Shown here piece after piece: positions 40,794 through 52,101 of a stretch of DNA of 64,000 nucleotides (positions are counted from its first letter, which is position 1; every line of letters begins with the position of its first letter). This DNA comes from Cyanobacteriota bacterium (lineage in GTDB: Bacteria > Cyanobacteriota > Cyanobacteriia > Cyanobacteriales > Nostocaceae). A program made the translations under genes and the position numbers. The notes under the pieces are model-generated. The model ran no database searches, had not been told where the DNA came from, and worked only from the letters and a program-made list of their open reading frames with translations. The stretch spans positions 128,001 through 192,000 of the forward strand of contig JBJOKS010000003.1 in the NCBI GenBank assembly GCA_046045965.1, read 5' to 3'.

Positions 40794-41375
40794 TTACTTT
40801 TCTGTTTCTACTAAGTCTTCTGGACGAGAACCAGCACGGGGAGCATCTGCGGGGACTCCGTGGGGTTCCATTACGCCTTTGGGTAGATAAACCAGTTCGC
40901 GTAGTGGTGTCACCATTGGATCGTCTGTAACTTTGTAAGGTAGTCGTCCTAATGCTACGCTGTCGTAGTTCAGTTCGTGGCGATCGTAAGTAGAAAGTTC
41001 GTATTCTTCTGTCATGGATAAACAGTTTGTGGGGCAGTATTCCACGCAGTTACCACAGAAAATACAAACTCCAAAATCAATACTGTAGTGTTTGAGTTTT
41101 TTCTTCTTGGTGGCTTTGTCCATTTCCCAATCAACTACAGGCAGGTTGATGGGACACACACGCACACAAACTTCACAAGCAATACACTTGTCAAATTCAT
41201 AGTGAATCCTACCCCGAAACCGTTCACCAGGAATCAGTTTCTCGTAAGGGTATTGTACGGTAATGGGGCGGCGCTGCATATGGTCAAAGGTGACAGACAA
41301 CCCTTGTCCAATGTAACGCGCTGATTGTACTGCTTCTTTGGCGTAATCACCAACTTGTTTGAGGAACTTTAGCAT
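40794..41375 (-). CDS. ndhI: NDH-1 subunit I
   Basis: Two 4Fe-4S motifs [12 protein letters not shown] and [12 protein letters not shown]. Confidence 0.98.
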   Translation of the reverse strand: MLKFLKQVGDYAKEAVQSARYIGQGLSVTFDHMQRRPITVQYPYEKLIPGERFRGRIHYEFDKCIACEVCVRVCPINLPVVDWEMDKATKKKKLKHYSIDFGVCIFCGNCVEYCPTNCLSMTEEYELSTYDRHELNYDSVALGRLPYKVTDDPMVTPLRELVYLPKGVMEPHGVPADAPRAGSRPEDLVETEK

Positions 41376-41479
41376 TGTTTGTGTCTCTCTTCTCTAATCT
41401 TGTCAGGTGATTGGTGATTGGTGATTGGGAAAACTATTACCCAGTCCCCAGTCCCCAGTCCCCAGTCACCAGTCACCTA

Positions 41480-42598
41480 TTAACCACCGAAGGCGACGGG
41501 AAAGGCTAATTTCAGGGCTGCGGTTAATAGGAGATTAACCAAAGCTACTGGTAGTAAGAATTTCCATCCTAAATCTAACAGTTGGTCAATCCGTACCCGG
41601 GGCAGGGTCCAACGGATGAGAATGGCGAGAAATACCAGAAAATAGGCTTTCAGTACGGTCATGGTGATACCTAAAGCGGCTGTCACCACTTGAAGTATAG
41701 GGTTGGTATCACTTACTCCCAGCCACTCACCGATCAGGCTGACGGGGATGGGAAAATGCCAACCACCCAAGTATAAAATTGCTACGAGCAGGGAAGAAAG
41801 GATCAGGTTAATGTAAGAACCTAAGTAAAACAAACCGAATTTCATACCTGCGTATTCAGTTTGATACCCTGCCACTAGTTCTTCTTCCGCTTCGGGTAAG
41901 TCAAAGGGTAAGCGTTCGCATTCAGCTAAGGCAGCAATCCAAAAGATGATAAAACCTAGTGGTTGTCGCCAAACGTTCCAACCTAAAATCCCAAAGTTAG
42001 ATTGTTGGTTAACAATATCAATGGTGCTGAGGCTGTTAGACATCATGGCGATCGCTAATACACTCAGCGCCAATGGTATTTCATAACTAATTGATTGTGC
42101 TGCTGCCCGCAATCCCCCTAACAAGGAGTATTTATTATTAGATGCGTAGCCTGCCATCAATAAGCCTATGGGCTGAATGCTGGACAAAGCAATCCACAAG
42201 AACACACCCATGCTGACGTTGGTAATGACGATATTTTCCCCAAAGGGGACAATCAGAAACGATAAAAATACCGGAATTACCACAATTACTGGTCCGAGGG
42301 TAAACAGCCAGCGGTCTGCTTTGGCTGGTACTATATCTTCTTTAAAGATTAACTTGAGACCATCAGCTACAGGCACTAGCAAACCAAATGGACCTTGGTA
42401 TTCAGGACCAATCCGTTGCTGTGCGGCAGCGGAAATTTTCCGTTCTAGCCAGGTAGCAACCAGTACACCTACTGTTGCCCCAATCAGCATCAGGATCATT
42501 GGCAATGGCATCCAAATCGCTTTGGCTGTCCCTGCTGGTATTCCTAAATCCTTGACGGATTCAATAAAAGTTCCTTGAAGGTCAATTCCTGCATTCAT
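41480..42598 (-). CDS. ndhA: NDH-1 subunit A (NuoH)
   Basis: [35 protein letters not shown]. Confidence 0.98.
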   Translation of the reverse strand: MNAGIDLQGTFIESVKDLGIPAGTAKAIWMPLPMILMLIGATVGVLVATWLERKISAAAQQRIGPEYQGPFGLLVPVADGLKLIFKEDIVPAKADRWLFTLGPVIVVIPVFLSFLIVPFGENIVITNVSMGVFLWIALSSIQPIGLLMAGYASNNKYSLLGGLRAAAQSISYEIPLALSVLAIAMMSNSLSTIDIVNQQSNFGILGWNVWRQPLGFIIFWIAALAECERLPFDLPEAEEELVAGYQTEYAGMKFGLFYLGSYINLILSSLLVAILYLGGWHFPIPVSLIGEWLGVSDTNPILQVVTAALGITMTVLKAYFLVFLAILIRWTLPRVRIDQLLDLGWKFLLPVALVNLLLTAALKLAFPVAFGG

Positions 42599-43193
42599 GT
42601 TTGCTACTCTTTAATTCGTCGAGTCACGGTGAATTACAAATATTAGTTGATTTAATATCTGTAATTTCACTGAAAAATAATCTCTGTTGAGATGATGCCT
42701 GATTGTAGATTTGTTGCCAATCCATGAGTTTAGTATATCCTTGGATGGTTTTAGGCTTTTGATCCCAGATGACAACTTCTACTTATGGTTGAGATTGAGA
42801 TTGGTGATTGGGGATGTGGGGACTGGGGGTTGGGGACTGGGGGTTGGGGACTGGGCTGGGAAAAAACCTCTTTCCTCTTCCCCTGAACTCCTGTTCTCTT
42901 CTTACTGTCACCTGTCACCTATTCTTTAGACAAGAGAAAGTTACCGTCTCCAAATTGGTAACGGTTTTTTAGTCTATGCAAATTGTCTGTTTTTCCTGTA
43001 CAGAAGTTATGACTATGCCAATTTCAGATGATCTGAGGTTTTGAGATTTTTGATTGTCAGCCTCATCAAGCTGACAGATGACAGTTATCGATCTGTCTAC
43101 TTGAGGGCATTAATCCCAAATCTCAAATCTAAAATTGGTTACTTGTCAGCTAATGACGGGAAAATTCCTCCTGACTGTCATCTATCCCGCTAG

Positions 43194-44330
43194 TTAACGC
43201 TTGTCGATGGGAGTGTAAGTGACTTCGTGGCGACCATTGTAAATTTGGGTAGGACGGAAAATTCGGTTTTCTGCAAGTTGTTCTTTCCAGTGTGCTAACC
43301 AACCAGCTACACGAGCGATCGCAAATACTGGTGTAAACAAGTCTGTAGGAATTCCCATTTTCCTATACACCAAACCGGAGTAAAAGTCAACATTAGGATA
43401 AATCCCTTTAGTGCCAACTTTTTCGGCCATTACCTTTTCTACTTCCAAGGCAATTTCATAATACTTGTCGTAGCCGAATTTCTCGAACAATTGCTCTGCC
43501 AAGCGTTGTAAGATTGTGGCTCTGGGATCTTTGACTTTATATACACGGTGTCCAAATCCCATGATTTTCGCCTTTTTTTGCAGACGATCTTCTAGGTAGG
43601 GGCGGACATTATCGACAGTGCCAATTTCTTCTAACATCTGAATTACTTCTTCGTTAGCACCACCGTGCAATGGACCGCCTAATGTGCCTACAGCACTGGC
43701 AACTACAGCATAGGGGTCTGTTAAGGTGGAAGCTGTCACCCGCGCACTGAAGGTAGAAGCGTTCATTGTATGTTCAACGTGCAGGATCAAGCAGATGTCA
43801 AAAATCCTCGCTGCTAAAGGATCGGGTTCTTTCTCGTTGAGCATATACAAGAAGTTGGCGGAATAATCTAGGTCATCCCTGGGTTTGACTGGATCATTTC
43901 CTTTCCGCATCAACTGGAAGGCAGCTACCATTGTAGGAATTGTCGCTACTAACCGAACTACAGCATCCCGAATATAGACAGGATTATGTAAGTCACGACG
44001 AGAATAAAATAAACCCAAGGCAGCAGCAGAGGCCTGTAGAGCATCCATTGGATGACCACTTTCGGGAAAGCACTTCATCATGTCCCGAATGCGGTATTTT
44101 ATCCGTCTGTGGGTGTTAACTTCGCTCTCAAACGCTGCCAATTCTTCCTTGCTGGGCAATTCTCCCCAAATTAAAAGATAAGCAGTTTCCAGAAATGTAC
44201 TTTTTTCTGCTAATTCCTCAATCCTGATACCTCGATACTCTAGTATTCCCTTTTGCCCGTCTACATGACTAATACTCGACTGGGCTGCGGGAATGCCTTC
44301 TAAACCAGGCTTGTATTCGCACACCGTCAT
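43194..44330 (-). CDS. gltA: citrate synthase
   Basis: GPLHGGANE, MGFGHRVYKVKDPRA, YPNVDFYSG. Confidence 0.98.
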   Translation of the reverse strand: MTVCEYKPGLEGIPAAQSSISHVDGQKGILEYRGIRIEELAEKSTFLETAYLLIWGELPSKEELAAFESEVNTHRRIKYRIRDMMKCFPESGHPMDALQASAAALGLFYSRRDLHNPVYIRDAVVRLVATIPTMVAAFQLMRKGNDPVKPRDDLDYSANFLYMLNEKEPDPLAARIFDICLILHVEHTMNASTFSARVTASTLTDPYAVVASAVGTLGGPLHGGANEEVIQMLEEIGTVDNVRPYLEDRLQKKAKIMGFGHRVYKVKDPRATILQRLAEQLFEKFGYDKYYEIALEVEKVMAEKVGTKGIYPNVDFYSGLVYRKMGIPTDLFTPVFAIARVAGWLAHWKEQLAENRIFRPTQIYNGRHEVTYTPIDKR

Positions 44331-44442
44331 GGCTACACCACTTGCTTTGTGAAATATCTGAACACGCTAACTTACCAGAGATCATTTTCACCATCACAGT
44401 TGTCGATTTAACAACTAATTTATGCGAAAGCTCGAACAACTG

Positions 44443-44937
44443 TTATAGCAGGTACTTGGGTGGTGTCAACCAGAACATTTGACTACGACCCAAAGGAGAA
44501 CCATCATTTGGTAGTTTTATTCCCATCATACCTGCTTTTTTAAGGACGAGTCGTTCTTTTGCTTCCCCCCAAAGGAGAATTTCTGCCCAACTGCTTAAAC
44601 AGGGTTCATGTCCTACCAGTGCGAGTTGGGTGTTTTGAGGATATTTTCTCGGTTCTAACCAGTTTTGTAGCCACCATTGAAGATCGCCTTCAAAGCTGAG
44701 ATGTTCTGAGGTTTCTATTTGAGAACTGAGTCCGGCTGCAATGAGTATTTCTGCGGTTTGTTGGGCGCGAACTAAAGGACTGGTGAGGATTAAATCAAAT
44801 TTTAAACCTAGTTTTACTAATCTTTGGGCTACTTTTTCGGTTTTTTGTCTTCCTTCTTGGGTGAGCGATCGCTCTTCATCTTTTAGCCCTGGTTGATGTT
44901 CTTCGGCAATGCCATGACGAATTAAATATAGTTCCAT
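44443..44937 (-). CDS. sixA: phosphohistidine phosphatase
   Basis: LIRHGIAE, SPLVRAQQTA, VGHEP. Confidence 0.93.
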   Translation of the reverse strand: MELYLIRHGIAEEHQPGLKDEERSLTQEGRQKTEKVAQRLVKLGLKFDLILTSPLVRAQQTAEILIAAGLSSQIETSEHLSFEGDLQWWLQNWLEPRKYPQNTQLALVGHEPCLSSWAEILLWGEAKERLVLKKAGMMGIKLPNDGSPLGRSQMFWLTPPKYLL

Positions 44938-44986
44938 AGTTAGCAGCAGTTAGGAGTCTTAAACTATAAGTTTTGTATTATCAACT

Positions 44987-45376
44987 TTATGGATATGGTA
45001 ATAGGTTTAAACCTTGAATAAATTTATAATCTCTTTGGTTTTTAGCGATCAATGGATAATTCCTAACTATTGCTGTAGCTGCTATTAGACCATCTGCAAT
45101 CAACAAGCCATGACTTAGACGATAAGCCTGTAATAAATCAACAGCTTTGTCTGAAATAACTTCATCAATTTTAATAATATCAAACTGTTTGAGGAATTTT
45201 TCTAATTTTTGTAGTTCTGCTTTGTTAGCACAACCAACCATTAGTTCCATTTGTGTGACTATACTAATTGCCAAGCTAGAATTTGCTTTCAAATTTTGCA
45301 AACAGTTTACTGCCTCTAATACACCGCGACCAACATCAATGATAATATCGGTATCAACAATAGTTGAGTTAGTCAT
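44987..45376 (-). CDS. VapC/PIN-domain toxin
   Basis: IVDTDIIID, ELMVG, DGLIAATA, NQRDY; start at 45376. Confidence 0.9.
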   Translation of the reverse strand: MTNSTIVDTDIIIDVGRGVLEAVNCLQNLKANSSLAISIVTQMELMVGCANKAELQKLEKFLKQFDIIKIDEVISDKAVDLLQAYRLSHGLLIADGLIAATAIVRNYPLIAKNQRDYKFIQGLNLLPYP

Positions 45377-45383
45377 GGGAATC

Positions 45384-45611
45384 TTACCACTCATCTTTTC
45401 TGACATTACGCACCCAAGCGTTACTCTCGGTTAAATCTTGACGTTCACTCCACATACCAATAAATCCATCATTTATTAAATCACTATTTTGGGATTGATT
45501 AGCAGGTTTAACTTCATATCTTTGTCGCAGAAAAGCAATAAAGTCAATTACTTGACGCTGCGCTTCAGCAGGAAGGGAGGAAAATTCGTTTAATAATTCG
45601 TGTTGTGTCAT
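45384..45611 (-). CDS. DUF2281-like antitoxin
   Basis: LPAEAQRQVIDFIAFL, FIGMWSER, WVRNVR..EW; immediately upstream of the PIN gene. Confidence 0.8.
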   Translation of the reverse strand: MTQHELLNEFSSLPAEAQRQVIDFIAFLRQRYEVKPANQSQNSDLINDGFIGMWSERQDLTESNAWVRNVRKDEW

Positions 45612-45804
45612 TTTTCTGCTGTATGTTAGTTGGTTCTTAAAGTGCAAAAAGTTGACGAATTGCTAAAGTATATGCTTATTATACTATAAGGAAAATATAT
45701 TATTGCAATTTTTATATAATTGATACAGCTAACAGAATCTAATATCTAGTTTAACCAATCACCAATCACCAATCACCAATCACCAATCATCAATCATCAA
45801 GTTC

Positions 45805-47253
45805 ATGTCTGTTATTATTGCTGGAGAACGTAGCGGAGTCGGGAAAACAACGGTAACACTCGCACTTTTAGCTAATTTACGTCGTTATGGTTTAAAAGTC
45901 CAATCTTTTAAGGTGGGACCTGATTATATTGATCCGATGTTTCATCAATATGTCACAGGTTTACCTTGTCGAAATTTAGATGCGGTTTTGACTTCAGAAA
46001 GTTATATTCAACAATGTTTTAAAACTCATTCCCAAGACTGTGAATATGCACTGGTTGAGGGGGTGATGGGTTTATTTGATGGCGTTGGTAATTTATCTAA
46101 TGATCAAATAGATTTTGCTAGTACCGCTCATCTTGCTAGATTATTAGATGTTCCGGTAATCTTAGTAATTGATTGTAGTCGTTTATCTGTATCGGTTGCT
46201 GCTATTGCTTATGGTTATTGTAATTTAGATCCAAGAGTTAAAATTGCGGGTTTGGTGTTAAATAGAGTGGGGAGCGATCGCCATTTATCTTTATTAAAAA
46301 ATTCTCTGAAAAATTTAGGTTTTCCTATTCTTGGTGTGTTGAGAAGGGAAGATGATATTACTATTCCTGATCGTCATCTGGGTTTACTTCCTACGGGAGA
46401 ATTACCAGAATTAGATGATGTAATTGATCGTTTGGCAGATTTAGGTGATAATTGTTTTGATTGGAAAAATTTATTGCCACTTTTACAAGTAAGTGAATTT
46501 CTGTCTGAAGGTGTGAATAATTTTCAGATTAACGAACCGCAGAGACGCAGAGAACGCAGAGAAATACAAGAAAATTTAAAATCTCAAATCAAATCTACAA
46601 TCAGAATTGCTGTTGCTAGAGATAAAGCTTTTAATTTCTATTATCAAGATAATTTAGATTTATTGGAGGAGTTGGGAGCAGAGTTGGTTTTTTGGAGTCC
46701 TTTAAATGATTTGGAATTACCACGTGATATTCAAGGTTTGTATTTTGGTGGTGGTTTTCCTGAAGTATTCGCACAAGAATTAGCAGCAAATGTTAATGTT
46801 ATTCAGGAAGTAAGAAATGCAATTTTATCAGGAATACCTACAATTGCTGAATGCGGTGGTTTAATGTATTTGTGTGAAAATATCATTGATTTTGAAAATC
46901 AAATTTTTCCAATGGTGGGAATATTACCTACATCTGCACAAATGGATAAAAGGTTAACTTTGGGATATCGTCGTGCGGTAGTTTTAGAAAATAGCTTTTT
47001 GTTTACTGCGGGTACAAATATTTATGGACATGAGTTTCATCGTTCTCATTTAATTACCAATTCTCAACAACCATTGTTTGATACTTTTCGTTATGACTGT
47101 GAAGAAAATACAGGTTTTGAAGGATGGAATTTACCTAATGTTCATGCTTCTTATATTCATCAACATTGGGGGGAAAGTGTAAAAATTCCTCAAATGTTTC
47201 TACAACAATGTTTAAACTTTTTAAAAGTTGATGCAAATTATTCTGACTCCTGA
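45805..47253 (+). CDS. cobB: cobyrinate a,c-diamide synthase
   Basis: SGVGKTT, FKVGPDYIDP, EGVMGLFDG, GGGFPE, AECGGLMYL, GHEFH. Confidence 0.96.
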   Translation: MSVIIAGERSGVGKTTVTLALLANLRRYGLKVQSFKVGPDYIDPMFHQYVTGLPCRNLDAVLTSESYIQQCFKTHSQDCEYALVEGVMGLFDGVGNLSNDQIDFASTAHLARLLDVPVILVIDCSRLSVSVAAIAYGYCNLDPRVKIAGLVLNRVGSDRHLSLLKNSLKNLGFPILGVLRREDDITIPDRHLGLLPTGELPELDDVIDRLADLGDNCFDWKNLLPLLQVSEFLSEGVNNFQINEPQRRRERREIQENLKSQIKSTIRIAVARDKAFNFYYQDNLDLLEELGAELVFWSPLNDLELPRDIQGLYFGGGFPEVFAQELAANVNVIQEVRNAILSGIPTIAECGGLMYLCENIIDFENQIFPMVGILPTSAQMDKRLTLGYRRAVVLENSFLFTAGTNIYGHEFHRSHLITNSQQPLFDTFRYDCEENTGFEGWNLPNVHASYIHQHWGESVKIPQMFLQQCLNFLKVDANYSDS

Positions 47254-47265
47254 CTCCTTAAAAAA

Positions 47266-48279
47266 TTACTTGTAATTCGCTAAAATTTCTATATGACTCA
47301 ATGCTGCTGATATTGTTACAGGTGTGTTATATCCTCCCCCATGTGTGGAAATAATTGGACAAGATATTTTCTTAGCTACATATACAACATATTTAGTTAA
47401 TTCTTGAAAGTCTTGATTTGTCCAATTTGTAATATTTTTACCACAATCATCTATGTGGGAATCATAACCAGAAAATATCAAAATTAAATCAGGAGTGAAG
47501 GGTATTTTTTCTAAAGCATTGCGAAAGGTGGATAAACTTTCATGACTTTGATAAAATTTACCATCTAATCCTATTTTTTCCAAAATATCGGGTGTGATAT
47601 ATTCAGAAATTAGTGGAATATTACAATGTCCAACTTCCTCTGCTCTGGTTGTTGTACCATAGTTTAAATTAGAAGCTTTAGCCATATAAATATCAACAGC
47701 ACTATGAATACTTATGCAATAAACACTATCATCATGACTAAAAATTGATTGTGTACCATCACCATGATGAATATCCCAATCTATAATTAATATTTTATGG
47801 AAACCTTGAGATTGAGCATATTTTGTACCTGCTGCTAAAGGGTTAAGTAAACAATATCCATGTCCCCAGTCTCTATGTGCATGATGTCCTACTAAAGAAA
47901 AACAATATGCACGTTCTAAATTGCCTTTTTTCATTTCATCTATCGCTGTGAATATTCCTCCTAATCCATATAAATAACTCGGTAAACAATATTCTAAACC
48001 TTCACATTCAATACTCAAAGATGGTAAGGAAAGCAAAGATTCATTTAGTTCTTTTCCTAATGCTTTAAAAGCTAATTTTTGTAGATATTCATAACTATGA
48101 GCTCGGAGATATTCAGTATATTTAACTTTGTTGATAGGTAAGGAAGGATAAACTGTGATTTTTTTAGCAATTTCTTCTCTGATGAGGTTGTAATGAGGAA
48201 ATGAATAACCTACAAAAGAAATTAAATTAATTGCTTTAGAAGTTGTGCAGGTCTGCGGGTGAAAATAGGTTGCAAACAT
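47266..48279 (-). CDS. histone deacetylase-family metallohydrolase
   Basis: GHHA, GYCLLN, DWDIHHGDGTQ, GYDSH..D, GGGY. Confidence 0.9.
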   Translation of the reverse strand: MFATYFHPQTCTTSKAINLISFVGYSFPHYNLIREEIAKKITVYPSLPINKVKYTEYLRAHSYEYLQKLAFKALGKELNESLLSLPSLSIECEGLEYCLPSYLYGLGGIFTAIDEMKKGNLERAYCFSLVGHHAHRDWGHGYCLLNPLAAGTKYAQSQGFHKILIIDWDIHHGDGTQSIFSHDDSVYCISIHSAVDIYMAKASNLNYGTTTRAEEVGHCNIPLISEYITPDILEKIGLDGKFYQSHESLSTFRNALEKIPFTPDLILIFSGYDSHIDDCGKNITNWTNQDFQELTKYVVYVAKKISCPIISTHGGGYNTPVTISAALSHIEILANYK

Positions 48280-48368
48280 TGATAATCATGTGGTTTATTT
48301 TATGAAATTTATTATAGAAGGAGGGAATAGGGAATAGGAAAAAAATAACTTAATTCCCAATTCTTCAT

Positions 48369-48420
<52 letters not shown>

Positions 48421-48425
48421 AATAA

Positions 48426-48851
48426 CTAATGACTAATACTTTCATTCAGTTTGCGAATAATGCGAGATAATTCACGAATAATATTCACTGCTATTTCTGG
48501 AGTTTCTTCAATAGCATCATAAAGTTGTTCTTGGGTGAGTTCCAAACATTCACAAGGTTCTAAGGTGGTGATAGAAGCAGAACGAGGTTGAGTATCAAAT
48601 ACAGCCATTTCCCCAAAGTATTTTCCCGTATCTACTTCTGCTAATTTTGTATCTCCGATATGGACTTTTACCTTACCAGATACAATAATGTAGAGCGATC
48701 GCCCTTCTTCTCCTTGTTTAAAAATGCTGTGGTTAGCAGGATATGATAACTCATTCATCACTGAAGCGAGTCTGACTACAAAATCATCTCGCAATTCTTT
48801 AAAAATGGGTACGCGGCGGACAAATAACAAACGATCAACGCTATTAAGCAT
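48426..48851 (-). CDS. stand-alone cyclic-nucleotide-binding domain protein
   Basis: IFKQGEEG..LYIIVSGKV, FGEMAVFDTQPRSAS. Confidence 0.92.
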   Translation of the reverse strand: MLNSVDRLLFVRRVPIFKELRDDFVVRLASVMNELSYPANHSIFKQGEEGRSLYIIVSGKVKVHIGDTKLAEVDTGKYFGEMAVFDTQPRSASITTLEPCECLELTQEQLYDAIEETPEIAVNIIRELSRIIRKLNESISH

Positions 48852-49414
48852 AATTACTGATTAAAAATAGAACATTCTTACAAGTATTAAACCCGAATAA
48901 ATAAGGTTTTAGCAGACTGGAATTATAACTTTTAAGTAGCCCCTGAAAGTTAATAATACCTTACCCTTTGTTAACCTGAGATATATATTGATGCTGTTTA
49001 CTAACGAGCAAGAAAGATCATCATTTGATTAATATACTACCCGTAGTAATTCAGAAAAAATCTATCAAACCCTGATTTATCTGTGTAATCTGCGTCCTTT
49101 ATGGGTAATTTTTATCCTTATTAAGTGTAACTTGTGACTCATGATTAATACACAAGGTGCTAAAATTTGATATTGATAAACCATTTAGTCTGTCCCTCAA
49201 GATGTTGATTTTGTAGTCTTAACCATAGAATTACAACAGTCACTGGGACTATAAGAGATAAGTAAAATTATTTTTACTCAAGTTCAAAAATTACTACTAC
49301 TATTGATATAATAACCAATACTGTCAGGTATAAATAATTGTTTACTCTTGGCAGACTATTGATATCGCTGCTTGACATTGTTGATTTACAACATCTTCAC
49401 TTAAGGGTGTAATT

Positions 49415-50422
49415 ATGTACTTTATAGAAAATAATCCCCCCATAGAAACTTACAATCACATACATAGCCAAATTATCTATGATCATCAATTTATTCTTAG
49501 TCAGTCCTCACAGCCAGAGTCTATTGATGAGTCTTTCCCCATACAACTGAGTCAAGAATCTATCAATCAAATCACTCCTGAAGTAATCACATCCCCTGCT
49601 GATTTTTTCAGTCAAGTTCCTACAACAAATACAGATCAAATAGATCAAAGCGACGCGTCAGTTGGTACAAATAGGTTACAGACAGAGCCTACATCTCCAG
49701 AACAAAAGCCGTTTAAACCGCAAAAATTGCCCTTAGTTCTCGAAAAGAGAACAGCACCACCGGCTTCATCCCCTGGTATTACCATGCTCACACCATCAGC
49801 CTATGGTAAATCATGGGGAAGAGCTTCTTTTGGTGTGGGATTACAATCTCGCGTTCGCTTTTCCGATAGAACAGATGGAGTTATAGGTGCAGGATTCGGT
49901 GTGGGTGATGCAAGAAAATCAGTTGGTTTAGATATAAATCTCACAATCGTCGATGTAGATTCTTTCCAAAATGGCACAATTAGTTGGAAATTACACCGTC
50001 AACTTCCATACGATTTTGCTGTAGCTGTTGGGGTGAATAATTTTATAACTTTTGGTAGTACGGATGGCGGTACATCTGGTTATGGAGTAGTTACCAAAAT
50101 GTTTCGACTACAAGATAGCGAAAGTAAACCTTTGAGTCGGTTATATGTATCTGCTGGTTTTGGTGGAGGACAATTTCGTTCAGAATCAAATATCAGTAAT
50201 AATATTGATTCTGCTAGTGTGTTTGGTAGCGTGGCTTTGAGAGTTGCTGAACCTGTAAATACAATTGTTGAATGGTCTGGACAAGATTTGTCTTTGGGTT
50301 TATCTATAGCTCCATTTAAAAACATTCCTTTTGTTATAACTCCAGGAATTAGTGATATTACTGGTAATGCTGGTGATGGGACACGCTTTATTTTAGGCGC
50401 TGGTTATAGCTTTTCTTTTTAA
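49415..50422 (+). CDS. hypothetical protein with beta-strand-rich C-terminal domain (possible outer-membrane barrel)
   Basis: Low-complexity N-terminus; alternating Gly/hydrophobic strands; ends GAGYSFSF. Confidence 0.6.
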   Translation: MYFIENNPPIETYNHIHSQIIYDHQFILSQSSQPESIDESFPIQLSQESINQITPEVITSPADFFSQVPTTNTDQIDQSDASVGTNRLQTEPTSPEQKPFKPQKLPLVLEKRTAPPASSPGITMLTPSAYGKSWGRASFGVGLQSRVRFSDRTDGVIGAGFGVGDARKSVGLDINLTIVDVDSFQNGTISWKLHRQLPYDFAVAVGVNNFITFGSTDGGTSGYGVVTKMFRLQDSESKPLSRLYVSAGFGGGQFRSESNISNNIDSASVFGSVALRVAEPVNTIVEWSGQDLSLGLSIAPFKNIPFVITPGISDITGNAGDGTRFILGAGYSFSF

Positions 50423-50464
50423 GTCATTTTTAGGCAATTAATCATCTAAATTTAGGATCAACTA

Positions 50465-52033
50465 ATGAAATTATCTCGTTCCTTTTTTACCATTTTTTTA
50501 TCAGTTATTTTAGGCATATTGTTCTTGAAATCTGTTCAAGCTCAAGAAGCTCCTCAGTCAGATATTACTGTTCCTAACCCTCAAGAGGTTATTGTTCCTA
50601 ATAGTCCAGCAAGTCTCACAGATATTACTAATCCTAATCCTCAAGAAATTAATCCAGGTGTTCCGAGTGAACCCCCAATCATTGATCGTGAAGTCTTTGA
50701 GAGAAATTTTCCAGCAGTCACACCAGAGGAAGGAGTTGAACAGTCTGAAGAATATCATGCTGTAGAATATTCAAAATATCTGGGAGTGCAATTATTTGGT
50801 GAAATTAGTTCCACTGGGGAAATTGCTGATAACCTTAATAAGCTGGCTAAATTGACAGGAAGAAATGCAGCAGTTCTTTATGTAACTTCTTTAAGAGATA
50901 AACTCAGCTTAATTCTCATCCCACCAAAACCAGAAGAAAAAGATTTGTTAAATCAAACCAAAAACCTCAATAAAAGTGATTCTTTGCTCTCACAAGAAAG
51001 TCAAGTAAAAGTTGGTGAGGTTGTGCGTCACTTTGTTGTAGATGCTAATGAAAAAAATGTCCAAAAAATTGCTAGAGAGTTTCGTTCTAGAGTTACTAAT
51101 GTGCGAGACAAAAGTTACTTTATTCCTGCCCAACAACTCTATGAATGGATAGTTAAACCCATAGAACCAGCCTTAAAAATAAATAAAATTGACACGTTAA
51201 TTTTTTCTATGGATAGCGGTTTACGTTCCCTTCCCATAGCTGCTTTATATGATGGTAAACAGTTTATAATTGAAAAATATAGTGTTGGTCTTATTCCCAG
51301 TTTTAGTCTTACGGATACACGTTATATTCCCATAGTTAAATCTGATATCTTGGCAATGGGGATATCACAAAGTACAGAAGGACAAGACCCTTTACCATCT
51401 GTACCACTAGAAATAAACACGGTAAGTAAAGAACTTTGGCGAAATAACAGTCAGACATTATTGGATCAAGAATCTACACTAGAAAATCTTAAATCTCTCA
51501 GTCTTCAAAAGCATTTTGGCATTCTGCACTTAGCCACTCATGGAGATTTTCAACCTGGAAAAATTGCTAACTCTTACATTCAAATTTGGAATCGAAAAAT
51601 TCATATAGATCAGTTAAGAGAGTTATCTAAGGAATTAGGATGGAGTAAAGAACCTAAAGTAGAAATGTTAGTTTTGAGCGCCTGTAAAACTGCTGTGGGT
51701 AGTTATGAGGCAGAATTAGGATTTTCTGGTTTAGCTGTGCAAGCAGGGGTAAAATCAGTTTTAGGTAGTCTGTGGTATGTGAGTGATCAAGGTTCTCTGG
51801 CACTGATGACAAAATTTTACGATCAGTTAAGCACTACTTCCTTACGCTCGGAATCTCTTAGACAAGCTCAGTTAGCTATGGTGAAAAGAGAAGTACGTAT
51901 AACAGATAAAGAATTATATCTATCGCCAGATAAGCCTATTGCTCTACCTCCAGAACTGGTTAATTCAGGTAAGATAGACCTATCTCATCCATACTATTGG
52001 TCTGCTTTTACAATGATTGGTAACTGGAATTAA
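50465..52033 (+). CDS. CHAT-domain (caspase-like) protease with signal peptide
   Basis: Signal peptide ..VQA; LHLATHG and LVLSACKTA catalytic dyad; [23 protein letters not shown]. Confidence 0.92.
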   Translation: MKLSRSFFTIFLSVILGILFLKSVQAQEAPQSDITVPNPQEVIVPNSPASLTDITNPNPQEINPGVPSEPPIIDREVFERNFPAVTPEEGVEQSEEYHAVEYSKYLGVQLFGEISSTGEIADNLNKLAKLTGRNAAVLYVTSLRDKLSLILIPPKPEEKDLLNQTKNLNKSDSLLSQESQVKVGEVVRHFVVDANEKNVQKIAREFRSRVTNVRDKSYFIPAQQLYEWIVKPIEPALKINKIDTLIFSMDSGLRSLPIAALYDGKQFIIEKYSVGLIPSFSLTDTRYIPIVKSDILAMGISQSTEGQDPLPSVPLEINTVSKELWRNNSQTLLDQESTLENLKSLSLQKHFGILHLATHGDFQPGKIANSYIQIWNRKIHIDQLRELSKELGWSKEPKVEMLVLSACKTAVGSYEAELGFSGLAVQAGVKSVLGSLWYVSDQGSLALMTKFYDQLSTTSLRSESLRQAQLAMVKREVRITDKELYLSPDKPIALPPELVNSGKIDLSHPYYWSAFTMIGNWN

Positions 52034-52101
52034 CAGTTATCAGTTGTGACTGTAACCTTCAACCTGTAATCTGTCACCTATTACCTGTTACCTGTAAAAG
52101 A

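Noticed and set aside
42938..43190. Hairpins between gltA and ndhA (GTTACC...GGTAAC, GTCAGC...GCTGAC) as a riboswitch
   Set aside because: No match to a riboswitch consensus I recognise; could be terminators or operators
44987..45611. DUF2281/PIN pair as a novel system
   Set aside because: Ordinary type II TA module common in cyanobacteria
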